DNA from: a virus
Lineage: Duplodnaviria > Heunggongvirae > Uroviricota > Caudoviricetes
Virus record (IMG/VR): IMGVR_UViG_3300042549_006728
Direction: 5' to 3' (one strand)
Length of the DNA stretch: 64,000 nucleotides
A program made the position numbers and the translations under genes. The notes under the pieces are model-generated. The model ran no database searches. It worked only from the letters and a program-made list of their open reading frames with translations, and was not told the origin of the DNA. Below, piece by piece: positions 8,605-21,100 of this stretch (its first letter is position 1; each line of letters opens with the position of its first letter).

Positions 8605-9900
8605 TTATATTATAATTTGTACATCGAAAACTACAAAATCATTTTTCTTTTTAACTATGTGTCTATCTGTTTTACCCATTGCCAAAACATTTCCAGCTAT
8701 ATCTGTTATCGCCACTTCACTTATTCTAACATCATCATACACTGTTAATGTTTCATTTTGTGAGTTGTAAAATTCACCTCTTGCTGCGATACAAACAATA
8801 TTCTGTACTAAATCCTTTTGTATACTATCGATTACTGTATTATATGTGCTAGCACTATAATAGTAAAGTCCTAAACCATTATTTATTATATCTGTATCCG
8901 TATCACCAATAAAATTAGTTGCAATATTATCAACTATTGTTGGGTTTGTTATTGCAAAAATACCTTTATCTAAATAAATGACTCCTGCTATTTCATCTGC
9001 ATTAATGCCTGTTGATGATACTGTTTGGACATTTATTAATTCCTTACCGTTTAAACTATATGGTTTAAATGTATCATAACCAGTTGACCAACTTTTAGTA
9101 TTATCGTTATTAGGTTTTTTAATTTTATCTGATACTAAATATGAAACATTTATTTTTCTCCCATATATCGATTGCGGATAACTACTTTCATCTATATATT
9201 GGTTATCTAATTCAGTTTTTGGTATAGTTGTTCTAGGGAATGTACTATACAATTCATACGTAGTAATTCCTGTTGGTGTTCCACCAACAGTATATCCCGT
9301 ATATACAGGTAAACTTATTTTTACACTTTTACCATCTATTATTTCACCGTATTGACTGTTATCAATAATACCCATTAATACTTTAGTAACCCCTAAACCA
9401 CTAAAAGGTGTATCTGACCACCCACCATTTTGGGATGTGGTGCCTGTGAATATATTAACAGTTGCGTCTTTAATTGGTAGAGATAAACTTTTAAAATAGT
9501 TTGAGTTTCCATTTGAATTATCGTTTCTATTAATTGATACATATGTTAAATTGGATCCTGTAACTATTGTTTCACCAATTTCAGAAGTTATTAAATTAAC
9601 TTTAGAAGAATTAGGTTCTACAATTTTTTTTATAACTGGTGCAACTGTAACAAATATTTTACTATATACATCAACATTCGATGATATATTATCATTTGTA
9701 CTACTATTACTACCTAAATCACCACTATCAGCAGGTACCCTACCAGTAGTTAATTTAAAATTTGTATTGTAATTGGAATCAGAATCTCCCAAAATAAAGT
9801 GAGAGAAAACTGTATTTGTACCAGTTAATAATCTCTGTCTTCCAAGATTAGTTAATCTAGCCCTTATTGTTACTGTTGTTGCACTATTTATAAATCCCAT
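8605..9900 (-). CDS. putative virion baseplate/tail-fibre collar-type protein
   Basis: N-terminal RARLTNLGRQRL and C-terminal ISEVAITDIAGNVLAMGK resemble the two halves of tail-collar/fibre N-domains; paralogous ends with 9911..12154. Confidence 0.6.
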   Translation of the reverse strand: MGFINSATTVTIRARLTNLGRQRLLTGTNTVFSHFILGDSDSNYNTNFKLTTGRVPADSGDLGSNSSTNDNISSNVDVYSKIFVTVAPVIKKIVEPNSSKVNLITSEIGETIVTGSNLTYVSINRNDNSNGNSNYFKSLSLPIKDATVNIFTGTTSQNGGWSDTPFSGLGVTKVLMGIIDNSQYGEIIDGKSVKISLPVYTGYTVGGTPTGITTYELYSTFPRTTIPKTELDNQYIDESSYPQSIYGRKINVSYLVSDKIKKPNNDNTKSWSTGYDTFKPYSLNGKELINVQTVSSTGINADEIAGVIYLDKGIFAITNPTIVDNIATNFIGDTDTDIINNGLGLYYYSASTYNTVIDSIQKDLVQNIVCIAARGEFYNSQNETLTVYDDVRISEVAITDIAGNVLAMGKTDRHIVKKKNDFVVFDVQIII

Positions 9901-9910
9901 TTTTTTTTAT

Positions 9911-12154
9911 TTAAAAATCTATTGTTAATTCTATTGAAGCCGTGGTAGAATCAGCCAATCTTATTGGTCTCGAAAGTTTACCTACTAAAACTAAGTTTTG
10001 GTTATTGTCTAATATCCCTATTTCACTTATGTATCTATCATCACCAAATTCATAAGTAGGATTACTACTAGATGAAATAGTTGCCCCATCTACGTTTATA
10101 TTAAATAAAGATTTATAAATGGTTGCACCTATATGTGTTCTAAGGTTACCATAGAATAATCTTTCATCACCTAAAGTCATTTTATCATAGTAACTTGCAT
10201 TTGGCATATCTAGTTCTACCCCTAAATTGAAGTTAGTAGATCCTGTGAATAATGAACCTGTCATTATAAATCCAGTGATGTTAGGATTTTGATTTTCAAA
10301 TAAAAGTGGATTTATTGTTTCCCCACTGTTACCTGTAATATTTGGAGATGTGAAGTCCATAACTTTCCAATTAGATGGAACTGGTCTAGACTGACTATTT
10401 AAATCTACTACTTGTGCAATAACTTTAAATGTATCCGCAAAGAAACCAAAACCATCATATAAAACATCTTCTCTTTTTCTCATGTAAGGTAACTCACCTA
10501 AATTGTTTATTCTGAATTGTACATCTTTATCCGAACTAGTTGTATTATCTATTACAGTATATCTTTGAGATGGTAAGAATGGTGTTGTTACAGTTGTTGT
10601 ACCTGTTGATCCTGTTCCTGTATTTTCTAACCAATAAGTTAAATACATTCTTTCACCAGATTTAAGGACACCCGTACAGTTACCATTAACTGGTGTGATT
10701 AATTCCGCAGCCAAATCAGGTAATGTAAAATTCCTATTTGATGCATAAGACATAGATGCAATCAATTCCTCATTATCTATAACTACTATTTGTAATTGTG
10801 GGAATACTTTACCAACTGTTAATGGTAGTGTTGGTGATACAGACATACCACTGTACTCTATTAAATCATAATATTCAATGTCATTATTAGAAGATAATGT
10901 TTTCTTTATAGTATCTGAAGTAAATCTCATTCCTAATGTTGTCCCACTTGCAGTTCCAACATCATTTCTTCTATGCCACATCACTGGTATATCTAAATTT
11001 AATAATTTACCTGTCTCACCGTCAATATAGAATTGTTCCCCATAAAAATTGGAGATACAACTATTTGAATAATGTATAATAGAGATTGATTTTTTATAAG
11101 GATCCATATAACTGATAGATTCGTTAACACCACATATAGATGTACCATCATTTGTATCACATACTAAATTTTCATTATACCCTAAATATTGTTTCGTACC
11201 TGTATATTGTTCTGAACCAAACAAATTATGTTCGTGATAATTTATTGGTGAGTCTTTAAATAATCCCGCAGGATTTTCTGTCCAAACATTATTCATATTC
11301 CAAACAGGTATATTTTCTACACAAATATCACAACTACTATCAAATGACAGAGTTCCTGTATTCCAATATGCAGTTAATGAATTTAATCCATAATAATCAT
11401 CAGTAGGACTATCACCACCAGGTAATGTGTAATATGTAATAATTGTACCCGAATATGCACTTAATGTAGGTAATGTTCTATCTACTCTTATTGTGGATCC
11501 ACTTAAATATGTGATATTATATGTTGTATTTATTGTTGCCGCAGTCATTGTGTCACCAGTGACATTACCCAATGTTGGATTACTAAATCTAAATATTATA
11601 TAATCGTTAACACTTGTTGCCGTTAGAGGTGTGTCTAAAACTAAAATTCCTTGTGTGTAAGTTGTTAAATCATACGAACCATCAAACTTACTCAAATCTA
11701 TTGTTCCGCTTTCTTTTATGAATCTATTTCCTGTTTGAGCAACTAAACCACTGTCTACTGTTGATCCAGAAAAGAATCCTCTATCCTCAGCTTCGTTGGT
11801 TACAATACCTTTTATTAATTGTATATTACTTTGTTGATTTAAAGGGAAAAGAAACTGATTACTTTGGTTCAATAAAAAGGTAGAGAAAAATGGGTTATCG
11901 TCTTTTGGTCTCAATACCTTAGAAAATATATTTTTTTGGATATTCCCATCTGCCTCAACAAAATAAAATTCTCCTGTTGACGCACCTATAGACGGAACAA
12001 ATTCTTTCCACCCCTTAACGTAATTGTAATCCACTTCCGAATCCCCAATTACGTAATTACTGAAAGTTAATTGTCCTTTAGCTAATTGCTCTCTACCAAC
12101 ATCACTTAATTTTACTCTCACTAATGTTGTACTCTGTTTATTGATATAACTCAT
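9911..12154 (-). CDS. putative virion baseplate/tail-fibre collar-type protein
   Basis: N-terminal RVKLSDVGREQL...GDSEVDYN and C-terminal ISEIGILDNNQNLVLVGKLSRPI; G/T/S-rich middle. Confidence 0.6.
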   Translation of the reverse strand: MSYINKQSTTLVRVKLSDVGREQLAKGQLTFSNYVIGDSEVDYNYVKGWKEFVPSIGASTGEFYFVEADGNIQKNIFSKVLRPKDDNPFFSTFLLNQSNQFLFPLNQQSNIQLIKGIVTNEAEDRGFFSGSTVDSGLVAQTGNRFIKESGTIDLSKFDGSYDLTTYTQGILVLDTPLTATSVNDYIIFRFSNPTLGNVTGDTMTAATINTTYNITYLSGSTIRVDRTLPTLSAYSGTIITYYTLPGGDSPTDDYYGLNSLTAYWNTGTLSFDSSCDICVENIPVWNMNNVWTENPAGLFKDSPINYHEHNLFGSEQYTGTKQYLGYNENLVCDTNDGTSICGVNESISYMDPYKKSISIIHYSNSCISNFYGEQFYIDGETGKLLNLDIPVMWHRRNDVGTASGTTLGMRFTSDTIKKTLSSNNDIEYYDLIEYSGMSVSPTLPLTVGKVFPQLQIVVIDNEELIASMSYASNRNFTLPDLAAELITPVNGNCTGVLKSGERMYLTYWLENTGTGSTGTTTVTTPFLPSQRYTVIDNTTSSDKDVQFRINNLGELPYMRKREDVLYDGFGFFADTFKVIAQVVDLNSQSRPVPSNWKVMDFTSPNITGNSGETINPLLFENQNPNITGFIMTGSLFTGSTNFNLGVELDMPNASYYDKMTLGDERLFYGNLRTHIGATIYKSLFNINVDGATISSSSNPTYEFGDDRYISEIGILDNNQNLVLVGKLSRPIRLADSTTASIELTIDF

Positions 12155-12168
12155 TTCCTTTTATTTTT

Positions 12169-12178
12169 TAATAAATAT
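12169..12178 (-). promoter_or_regulatory. putative late-promoter motif ATATTTATTA
   Basis: In the short intergenic gap, 14 nt before ATG 12154. Confidence 0.5.
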
Positions 12179-12193
12179 TCTAAATTTTAATTA

Positions 12194-15100
12194 TTAGTAT
12201 GTATTACCAACATTTGTTAGTACTTCTATCTTATTTGTGTCACTATATTCTACCGTATAGATGGTTTCACCTATTATTGGGGTATAAAATTTTTCATTTT
12301 TAATTCTATATATAAATTTATCACCAGCAACCGCATTTGTCAATGTTACTAACTTACTATATGTTTTTTGTCCTACCACATATTCCACAATTTCACTATA
12401 TATCACATTCTGATAGTTTATATCTGATGGACTTGTAACTTCAATAGTAAATCTACCTAAAATTTCGTTAGAAGGTTCACTATTTATTGACCAACTCAAT
12501 ATAGGTGTGTTAGTAGATATTCCACCATTAATCGATGCATTAGGGACATAAAACGCCTCAATAATATCACCCATTATTAAAGTTTCTTCTAATATAATCC
12601 TTCTAGCGTCTGTAGTAGATTTATAATATTCAATATCTTTAGTTAGTATTGCCCCATTTAAAGAAAAAACTACGTCTGAAGCAGGTGAACTAACTAAATA
12701 AAATTCATATTTTCCTGTTGTCGTATTATAATATACTCTATCGGATGTTAATTGATTTCCAGTTGTCCCGCTATTAATTAAAGAATTTATAGGATAAACA
12801 TCTGCGAGTAAATCATTTTTCTTACTATCAACTATAAACGCATAAGTCAATATTTGTTTATCTAATGGTGTAAATAATAATTTTATGAATTGAGTATTTG
12901 CAGTTGTTATTGCACTATACTCAATGTCTTTTGCCAAAACAGAACCATTATAACTAACTATCGGATCAGATAATCCATTCACTATATATTCAGTTTGACC
13001 TGTTTGAGTGAATTGTGACGATACTGTTAGTGTATTTAATGGTGGTGGTGACGGTGCAACACTATTATTAAAGATAGGTTTTTCCGCTGCAAAAATATTA
13101 ATAAAATACCAATCTGTTTCTGGATAATATAAACCATATAAGTTACCTCTTTTATAAGTGTCTATATTATTTTTTCTCGTCAACTGTTGTTTAGCCAATA
13201 AAGTGTTTATATCATAGTTCCAATAAGATTTTATTAAAAATTCACCTTCTCCTATATTGAATGTCGGAATAAAAATTGTATTTCCAGTGGTACCCGTTAA
13301 ATCTTCATATGCCAATGAAAAATTATATAACGCGGAGGTGTTAAATGTTACACTATTCTGATTATACTTATAAATTTCACCATAATAAGATAATTTATTT
13401 GTATCAATAACACCATTAACATCATTTACTAATAAGTCGAATTCAAAACCAGTTCTACTTTTAGGTGTAATGTAAACACATCTATCGCAAGATAAAGATT
13501 TTGTTGTAACTACATTCGGTAACCCCCAATATGAGGATGTTCCTGTTATAGTAGTAGATGTTAGACTTAATGCATCAATTTCAAAATTACATTGTACCCC
13601 TAACCCATTTGGTCTATGTATAATATGTAAATTAGTATTGTTAAAATCTGCAACATAAATTCGTTCATCAGGACCCATTTGCAATGCCCCTAATGTTGAC
13701 CCACTTATATCTGCAACTGTTATTACATTTTCTACCATATCGGTTGCGGATGTATATGTTAAATCAAACTGATGAACTTTTTCACCTGCACCATCCGTAA
13801 CATAGAACTTTGATGAATCGGATGAAAACTCTAACCCATATGGTCCAACATTGAATGTCATTCCCGTAATTGTAATTAAATTACTCAAAGTACCCGCAGA
13901 AGATTCAAAATCTAAAATATCTATAATATCTTCATCATATAACAAAGATATTAGTTTTGTTGAGTCAGGTGATGTTTTCATATAACCTCTAGCGGTATTA
14001 TGTACACTACCAATATTACTTATAATAGGTCCTGTCAATCCAGATGATGATACATTAAAACTATAATAAGTACTATCTCCACTAGTGTGGGTAATAACCC
14101 AATAACTTTCATCATTCATATTATTACACGCAGTAACCTTTTCGGTTATAGGTGAATTAATTAACTTAATATTTTTAGTTTCTACTTCACCATCACCATT
14201 TTGTAAATCCATATTAACTACGGAATACTCAAACCCATTTGGTGATCCATTGTAGTCTGTAGTAAAAATAAAGTATTTATTTGATTCAGGTTTTGGTACA
14301 ATAATTGCCGATTGTGTTGATGTTCCTGAACTTGATAATCCAGTACCGTTTACCATTATTGTATTTCCACTAGTATAAACAGTTTCACCATTAGTATAAA
14401 ATAACAACTCACCTATCTGATTAGATATTGATGATGATCCTTCTTGTGTCACCATACCACCACTAAATATAACGGGTTTATTTCCCGTTATAATAGGATT
14501 AAAACTAATTCCTACATTTTTTCCGAATAACCAATTATAGTTAATTCTATCATAAGTATAACCAGTATAAGTAACTGGTCCACATAAAGTATCCGCAGTT
14601 GTCGGAGGTATTTTACGAACACCTCTCATAGTTATTTGAGGGAAATCAAAACTATCAAAATCTGATCTTTCAATATGCACATATTTTGCGTCATTACTAA
14701 TATCTAATTCCCAATTATAACTTTCATTTCTACTAGATAATAATTTATATTTTTTACCTCCATCTACATAACTTATTTGATTATTTGGGAGTATCGGTTC
14801 TAATGATGAACTATCACTACTATTTCCCGATAAAGATAAAATAATAGTTTTTTCAGTTAACCTATCCCTAAATATAGATTGACCATATTTACCTGGATTA
14901 GAAATTAAAAAAATATCGTTTACCATAGTTAAATTAGTCGGTAAAAATAATGCAGATTCCGTTTCTAAGAATGGTGACAACGATGCCGCTTGATAAGTTA
15001 TATCAGTACCCACTCTAATCAATACAGGTGCCTCTATCTCGTTAATTATCTCACCCCTAGTATTTATAGGATTAATTATTTTACCACTTATTTTTGCCAT
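12194..15100 (-). CDS. putative tail-fibre/receptor-binding virion protein with inserted beta-propeller
   Basis: NWLFG...QEGSSSISNQIGELLFYTNG...STQSAIIVPKP...GLPN propeller-like segment; two C-terminal NG-x2-L-x-KDIEY repeats. Confidence 0.65.
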   Translation of the reverse strand: MAKISGKIINPINTRGEIINEIEAPVLIRVGTDITYQAASLSPFLETESALFLPTNLTMVNDIFLISNPGKYGQSIFRDRLTEKTIILSLSGNSSDSSSLEPILPNNQISYVDGGKKYKLLSSRNESYNWELDISNDAKYVHIERSDFDSFDFPQITMRGVRKIPPTTADTLCGPVTYTGYTYDRINYNWLFGKNVGISFNPIITGNKPVIFSGGMVTQEGSSSISNQIGELLFYTNGETVYTSGNTIMVNGTGLSSSGTSTQSAIIVPKPESNKYFIFTTDYNGSPNGFEYSVVNMDLQNGDGEVETKNIKLINSPITEKVTACNNMNDESYWVITHTSGDSTYYSFNVSSSGLTGPIISNIGSVHNTARGYMKTSPDSTKLISLLYDEDIIDILDFESSAGTLSNLITITGMTFNVGPYGLEFSSDSSKFYVTDGAGEKVHQFDLTYTSATDMVENVITVADISGSTLGALQMGPDERIYVADFNNTNLHIIHRPNGLGVQCNFEIDALSLTSTTITGTSSYWGLPNVVTTKSLSCDRCVYITPKSRTGFEFDLLVNDVNGVIDTNKLSYYGEIYKYNQNSVTFNTSALYNFSLAYEDLTGTTGNTIFIPTFNIGEGEFLIKSYWNYDINTLLAKQQLTRKNNIDTYKRGNLYGLYYPETDWYFINIFAAEKPIFNNSVAPSPPPLNTLTVSSQFTQTGQTEYIVNGLSDPIVSYNGSVLAKDIEYSAITTANTQFIKLLFTPLDKQILTYAFIVDSKKNDLLADVYPINSLINSGTTGNQLTSDRVYYNTTTGKYEFYLVSSPASDVVFSLNGAILTKDIEYYKSTTDARRIILEETLIMGDIIEAFYVPNASINGGISTNTPILSWSINSEPSNEILGRFTIEVTSPSDINYQNVIYSEIVEYVVGQKTYSKLVTLTNAVAGDKFIYRIKNEKFYTPIIGETIYTVEYSDTNKIEVLTNVGNTY

Positions 15101-15132
15101 TTATTTTTTGTTTTTAAAAACAATATCGTTAT

Positions 15133-15142
15133 TAATAAATAT
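15133..15142 (-). promoter_or_regulatory. putative late-promoter motif ATATTTATTA
   Basis: Intergenic, 32 nt before ATG 15100. Confidence 0.5.
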
Positions 15143-15159
15143 TAGTTTTTATATTATAA

Positions 15160-18100
15160 TCATTCACAATTGTGAATTAATTCTTGATTATAATAGAATC
15201 CTGATATCTGAATCGGTGGAAATGTTTTTATGAATTCTGGTGGATCAAAATCTGGATCCCCTATTATTGTAACATTACCCTCATATTCATTAGTATCATA
15301 TATTTGAGTTATAAATACTGTATTATAATCACTTATTAACGTATTTGTTTTTCTAACACATTTATCATACTTATTTCTAAGTCCAGCAATATAGTTTCGT
15401 TGTCTTTCATATGATGTTGTACCAGGTATGAAATTAGATAAATTATTTTGTGCAGTTATTAATGATTGTGTTATACCACTACAACTCATAAAATTATTAT
15501 AGAAATTATTTTGTTGGTTTATATATTCTATCTCTAATTGTGATAATTGTTCAAATAGAGTACTAAGTTGTGTATTTAACTGTGTTAATGAGTCATTCAA
15601 TTCCGTTATAGTTTGAGTTACCTCTAAAATACTTTGAGTTAAATTCGGAGTAGTAGTATCTTGTAAATTTAAAGAACATAGTCTACCATTATACAATACT
15701 ATTTGTTGATTTACTATTGCAATTTCAATCTCTTTATTTCTTATATCATTTTTAATTGATTTTATTTCTTCATTCGTTGGGTATATTGGTTTTTGTTCTA
15801 CCAAAGAATGTATAGATTCTTGACCCACAATAAAATTAGTCTGTGCACTTAATGGACAATCTAATTCCGTATCAATAAAATTTAAACTATATTTTTTATA
15901 TTTAAATTTATTTTGATCAAATATTGTATTCCTATAAATTTTTCCTGAATTATCACAACCTTCCCATATTGTAGTTGCAGGAACTACTTGTTCTAATAAA
16001 TCCAACCAATAATCACCAACTTTATCCATAAAATCAAACATAGTATCATATGTGAATTTACCAGATAAATCTTTACCACAATTACTAGCTCTTAAGTATA
16101 ATTCATAAAATAATCTAAGTAATGGATAATCACTTATTGTTTGTCTACTTTTGGCATCAATTAAGTTACTTAATACCATTTGATCAAATACATCCTTAAC
16201 CATAATAGTAGATGGATCATAATCTAAAAAGTCTAAAGGGTTAATACAAACTGAATATGTATTATTAGTAGTAACTCCCGAAACACATTCTTTCATTTTA
16301 CCACAATACTCACAATCTCCTTTACAATTTGCACATTCATCAATATCCCTCCAATAACATACTTCATTAAGTTCATTCCAACGATAGTTTTTACCTAAAC
16401 CTAATCCATCTACACCATTATCATTTAATAATTTATTAATAGATAAACAACATTCTTTTGTGATTTCACTACTTTGATTAAATGTTTGTGCAGTTATCCC
16501 CGCACCAATTTGTTGTTCAACACCACCATTATAAAGTGGTGTACCTGAATAAACGTATATCTCAAATAAATTAATTGTCCCATCACTATCTTCAACAATA
16601 AGACTGAATAAATTATCTAAATTTTTATTATTGTTTAGAACTAAGATGTCGCTATCACAACTAGTCCCATCAATATAGAATTTAGAAAGTGATTCACCTT
16701 TATTTAGTAAATCATAATAGTTTGAATTTAATGATTCAGAATAATTCGCAGTTAAAGTGTAATATTCATTTTTAAGTTCTATTACTTGATTTTGTAATAT
16801 ATTAGTGAATGTTTCACAACTAAATGGAATGACACTAGATGTGGATGCACCTAAATCAATAGTATAATTCGTAAGTGTATTATTAATATTTAATACCCCA
16901 TTAAAATTAATGTATGTTGCTATTTGATCCTGAAAAATATATTCTTCACTACCCATAAACAAATAATCTTCGTCAGATTGGAAAATATAGTTATCTGTAT
17001 TACAATCGGTTGGACAATTATCACAATCTATTCTTTTCCAAAAATTAAATACATCACACTCTATAGATTTTGCAGGATCAATACTAAATGATGTGTTTTT
17101 AACGTTTAAAATTAAATCAGAATGGTAGACATCATAATTAGTATATCTATATTCTAAATCAAGCCATAATCTTTCCTCTGGATTGGTAATTCTTACTATT
17201 TCATAGTTATTAGTTGATCCTGTATTACATTCACCATTAGGGTAGATAGTTTCTTTTACTACACCACCGTCATAATATACCCAAGATTTTTTATTATCGA
17301 TAACACAATTTAATTGTGGTATTAAACAATCATTAATAGATAGTATCCTATTTGTTTTACAATCAGAAACATTTACCATTATATTATCTACCAATAGACA
17401 AAGATTACATTCGTAATTCTGAATCTCTATACTAAAGAAAAAGTCCTTATTAGGGTATAATCTTCTTAAATCATCGCAAACACATTCAGGTATTGTGAAA
17501 TTAAATGTTTTCCAATCTGGTTCAAATAAATCCGAATTATAACTTATTCCTTGAGAAGACAGTTGGTTGAATATTGACTCCTCAATTTGAGCCATCAATT
17601 GTTCATCACCTTCTATAAAAATTCCACTGTATCCTTCATTAGGATTAAATTCCCATATTGGGTTTACTGACTGCGTATACGGTAAATAAGTTAATGAAGT
17701 ATCAATATTATTCTGAACGTCAATATTATTATTATCTACAAACAATTTAAAATTAATTTTTAAGTCGTCTATGTAATTTAAATAATTATTATTGTTTGAT
17801 TCTTCGTATACATTATATTTTTTTATTAATGACTCATACCATTTATTATAACAAATATAAGTTTGTTCTTCTACATATAATAACGAATTTTGTATACTAT
17901 CTAATAATTGGTTTAGTTCTTTTATTTTACCACTTCTATTTAATTCAATAATGAAAGGACAACATTGTACATCATATGTAGTTGTTGTGGAAGATTCACT
18001 ACCAATAACTCTAGGATTAAGAATACATTCTTTATTTACATAACTTACATCTAAATTTAATGTGGCTTTATTACAACAATTCTGTGGGATATTTTTCCCA

Positions 18101-21100
18101 TTTGTTAATACCACATAATTAGGTGTAATCGTTAAACTATTACTAGTTATTCCCAAACATTCTTTACTATTTACTGATATTGCATCTGTAGGTAATTTTG
18201 GGTTGGTTATTGCATCCGCAGACTGCAGATTATCTGCAGGTAATTTAGGCAAATCCAATATAACATTGGTAGATATACCAACAACTGGTTTCGACATTAA
18301 TGGGCTTAACTCAACAGTTCTAAATGCATTTTGTTTAAATTCTGTACCTACTTTTACAAAAGTTTGGTTTTTAAGATTTTGAGTAAATAAATCAGTTTTT
18401 TGTTCTCTTTCAGTTATTAATCCCGATATTTGAGACTGGTTCTTAGTTAATTCAACATTTAATTTAACTTTTTGTGAATCAGTTAACTGTAAGTTACCAC
18501 TATTATCTGTAATACTTTTAGTACTTACAGATAAAATATCTGCAGTTTTATTAATCGTATTTTGAGTATCATTCTGTAATAACTGAGATTTTTGTGCCGA
18601 TTCATCATAACTTATAAAGTTATTTACATCGGTAGTTAATGTGTTAATTGTATTACTTAAATCCTGAATTTGTTTTTCTAATTCAGTTATTAATACAGTA
18701 TTATTATCAAATTTTGCTTTAACTAATTGATCCGTTAATTGCGTTTTTAAAACACAAGATTCAAATAACTGAGAATAAACTATTATTTGATCCTGATTTT
18801 CTTTTGTTTTAGATGATACACAATTACTATACTCTTTAGTTTTTGTACCATCATTTATAGAATCCCCATATATTATAGTATTACAATATGAAACATAATC
18901 AAAGTTTTTAAGTTCTTTAATAGTATTTTCATAAACACTACAATCTAAATTAGTGTTAACATTAGTTAATGCTTTTTCTATTATAACATTACTTTCTTGT
19001 TTTTCCGCAATTTCATTATTTATTTCTAATATACTATTTTTTAGTATTGTTTCATTAATAGTGTAATTATCTAACTGAACATTTTTTTGTGTTGTTAATG
19101 AATTATATACCTTTATGTCTTCAATTATTTCTAATTGTGGTTTAGTTGCATATCTTTTAAATGTATCTGTAGGTAATTTTGGGGTTATTACATCTGCAGG
19201 TAATTTTGGGTTGGATATTACATCTGCAGGTAATTTTGGGTTGGATATTACATCTGTAGTTACGTTGACTTGTGAATTCTTCAAACAAGGTTCTAAATTA
19301 CGGTTTATTAATTCAATTAACTCGCTTATTTCAGAAGATAATTGTTCATAATCACCGTATAATTTACTCCATAACCCACATTCTAGTGGAATCTGTAATG
19401 AACATACATTTTGTGTCGTAATATATTTTTCATATTTTATTTCACAAGCCCCAACATTAAAATTAAATACGAAACAACTTGTTGGTAAATTAGAAACAAT
19501 AGTTAATAATTTATTTTTAATTTCATCGTATTTTTTTATTTCTCCCAATATAGGTGTATAATCAAAATTTAAAGATGAAAGTGTTTGACTATTTTGAGAT
19601 AGAATATCATTATAAGTTTGTGTAATATTATTAACCCATGATTGGTTAGTGCCTGACCATTGCGTAAATGATACCACATTACCATCTACTGCCCTACAAC
19701 AATCTGTATTAGGTTCTAAAATATTACTATTTTGCCATATTACATACTCATCAGTTAGATTTTCAGAGTCATTGAAGTTAGATTGTAAATTTTGTGATTC
19801 TTCGTCACTATTAGTAAACGCAACAAAATTTAAACACTTTATATTATTAATTGTATTATCATAAATAAAAGCTGGAAAACAACTTATATTGTCCGCACAT
19901 TTTATAAGATTATCTGCAGTATATTTTAACATATAATCAAATGAAAAGTCTATAGTACAACTACAATCATCTAATTGTGGTAGTTTAAATCCTTTCCATT
20001 TTTCACTAGCGAAAACAACCGCAACGCTATTAAAGTCACCACAACCAATTCTAGAAGGATCGACTGCCGCAATTATTATAGAATTAGGATTGGTACTGTA
20101 TTGATTGTCCCCATTGTACGGTATTAAAATATTATTGTCATAGTCAAATGTGAATTGTCCGAATTGATACCCGTAATAATTTGCTACGTCCCCATATAAA
20201 TCACTTAATAAGTCAGTACTATACCAATCTAATATAAAATTATTATTATATATTGATGGTGTAAAACTAACTCTTCCATATTCATCAATAGACTCAACCT
20301 TCCAGTTTGATGGATTCATAAGTGATGGATCCTCTAAAATGGAGTTTGGTTGCGGAGATAATGATGTTGATCCCTCAACTACACCTTTTACTATTCTGGA
20401 CTCATTAAAACAATCCCAAAAAATTTCAGTGGAGTAATACTCATATATAGAACCTATAGGATTTTGTAAATCATAGTAACTATTATTAACTGAAAAATCT
20501 ATAATCGGTAATGTGTAATTTGCATCTGGTGTAGTTAATTCAGTAGCACTATTCTCATTATTTTTTTTACATACAATAAATTTATTACCATTTTGTTCCA
20601 ATATTTGGTAATCGTAACCATACCAAGCACAACATTCAGGACTACTGATTATAGATGTTTTTTTACAATTAACCTCAGTAAAAAATTTATTACATGATAT
20701 TATAGGTGAGTCCTTTTTAAAAGTATCAGATAATCTTTTTTTACCACAATAGTTATTGATAAAAGTTTTTGGTTCCCCATATTTAATAATGAAATCTGAT
20801 AAAGAAATTTGTGTATTACTATATTGGTAACATTTACCCCCTATCTGATAAGTACCCAATTGAGGTGTCGTATTATTAGTCATAGTAAACTCTATCACAC
20901 CATTAGGTAATGTTCCTGAAGGTGTACCGACACAAGGTGCCAATTTAGAACAATATTCCGTTTGTCTACCGTATTCATTTACATATGAAATATAATTAGC
21001 GTCTTGTGTTTTACAACAAGCTGGGAATTCATCAAAAGAAACTTTAATACCATCACTATTAGTATAATAGATAAATGGACTACAATCTTCTAAATTTAAA

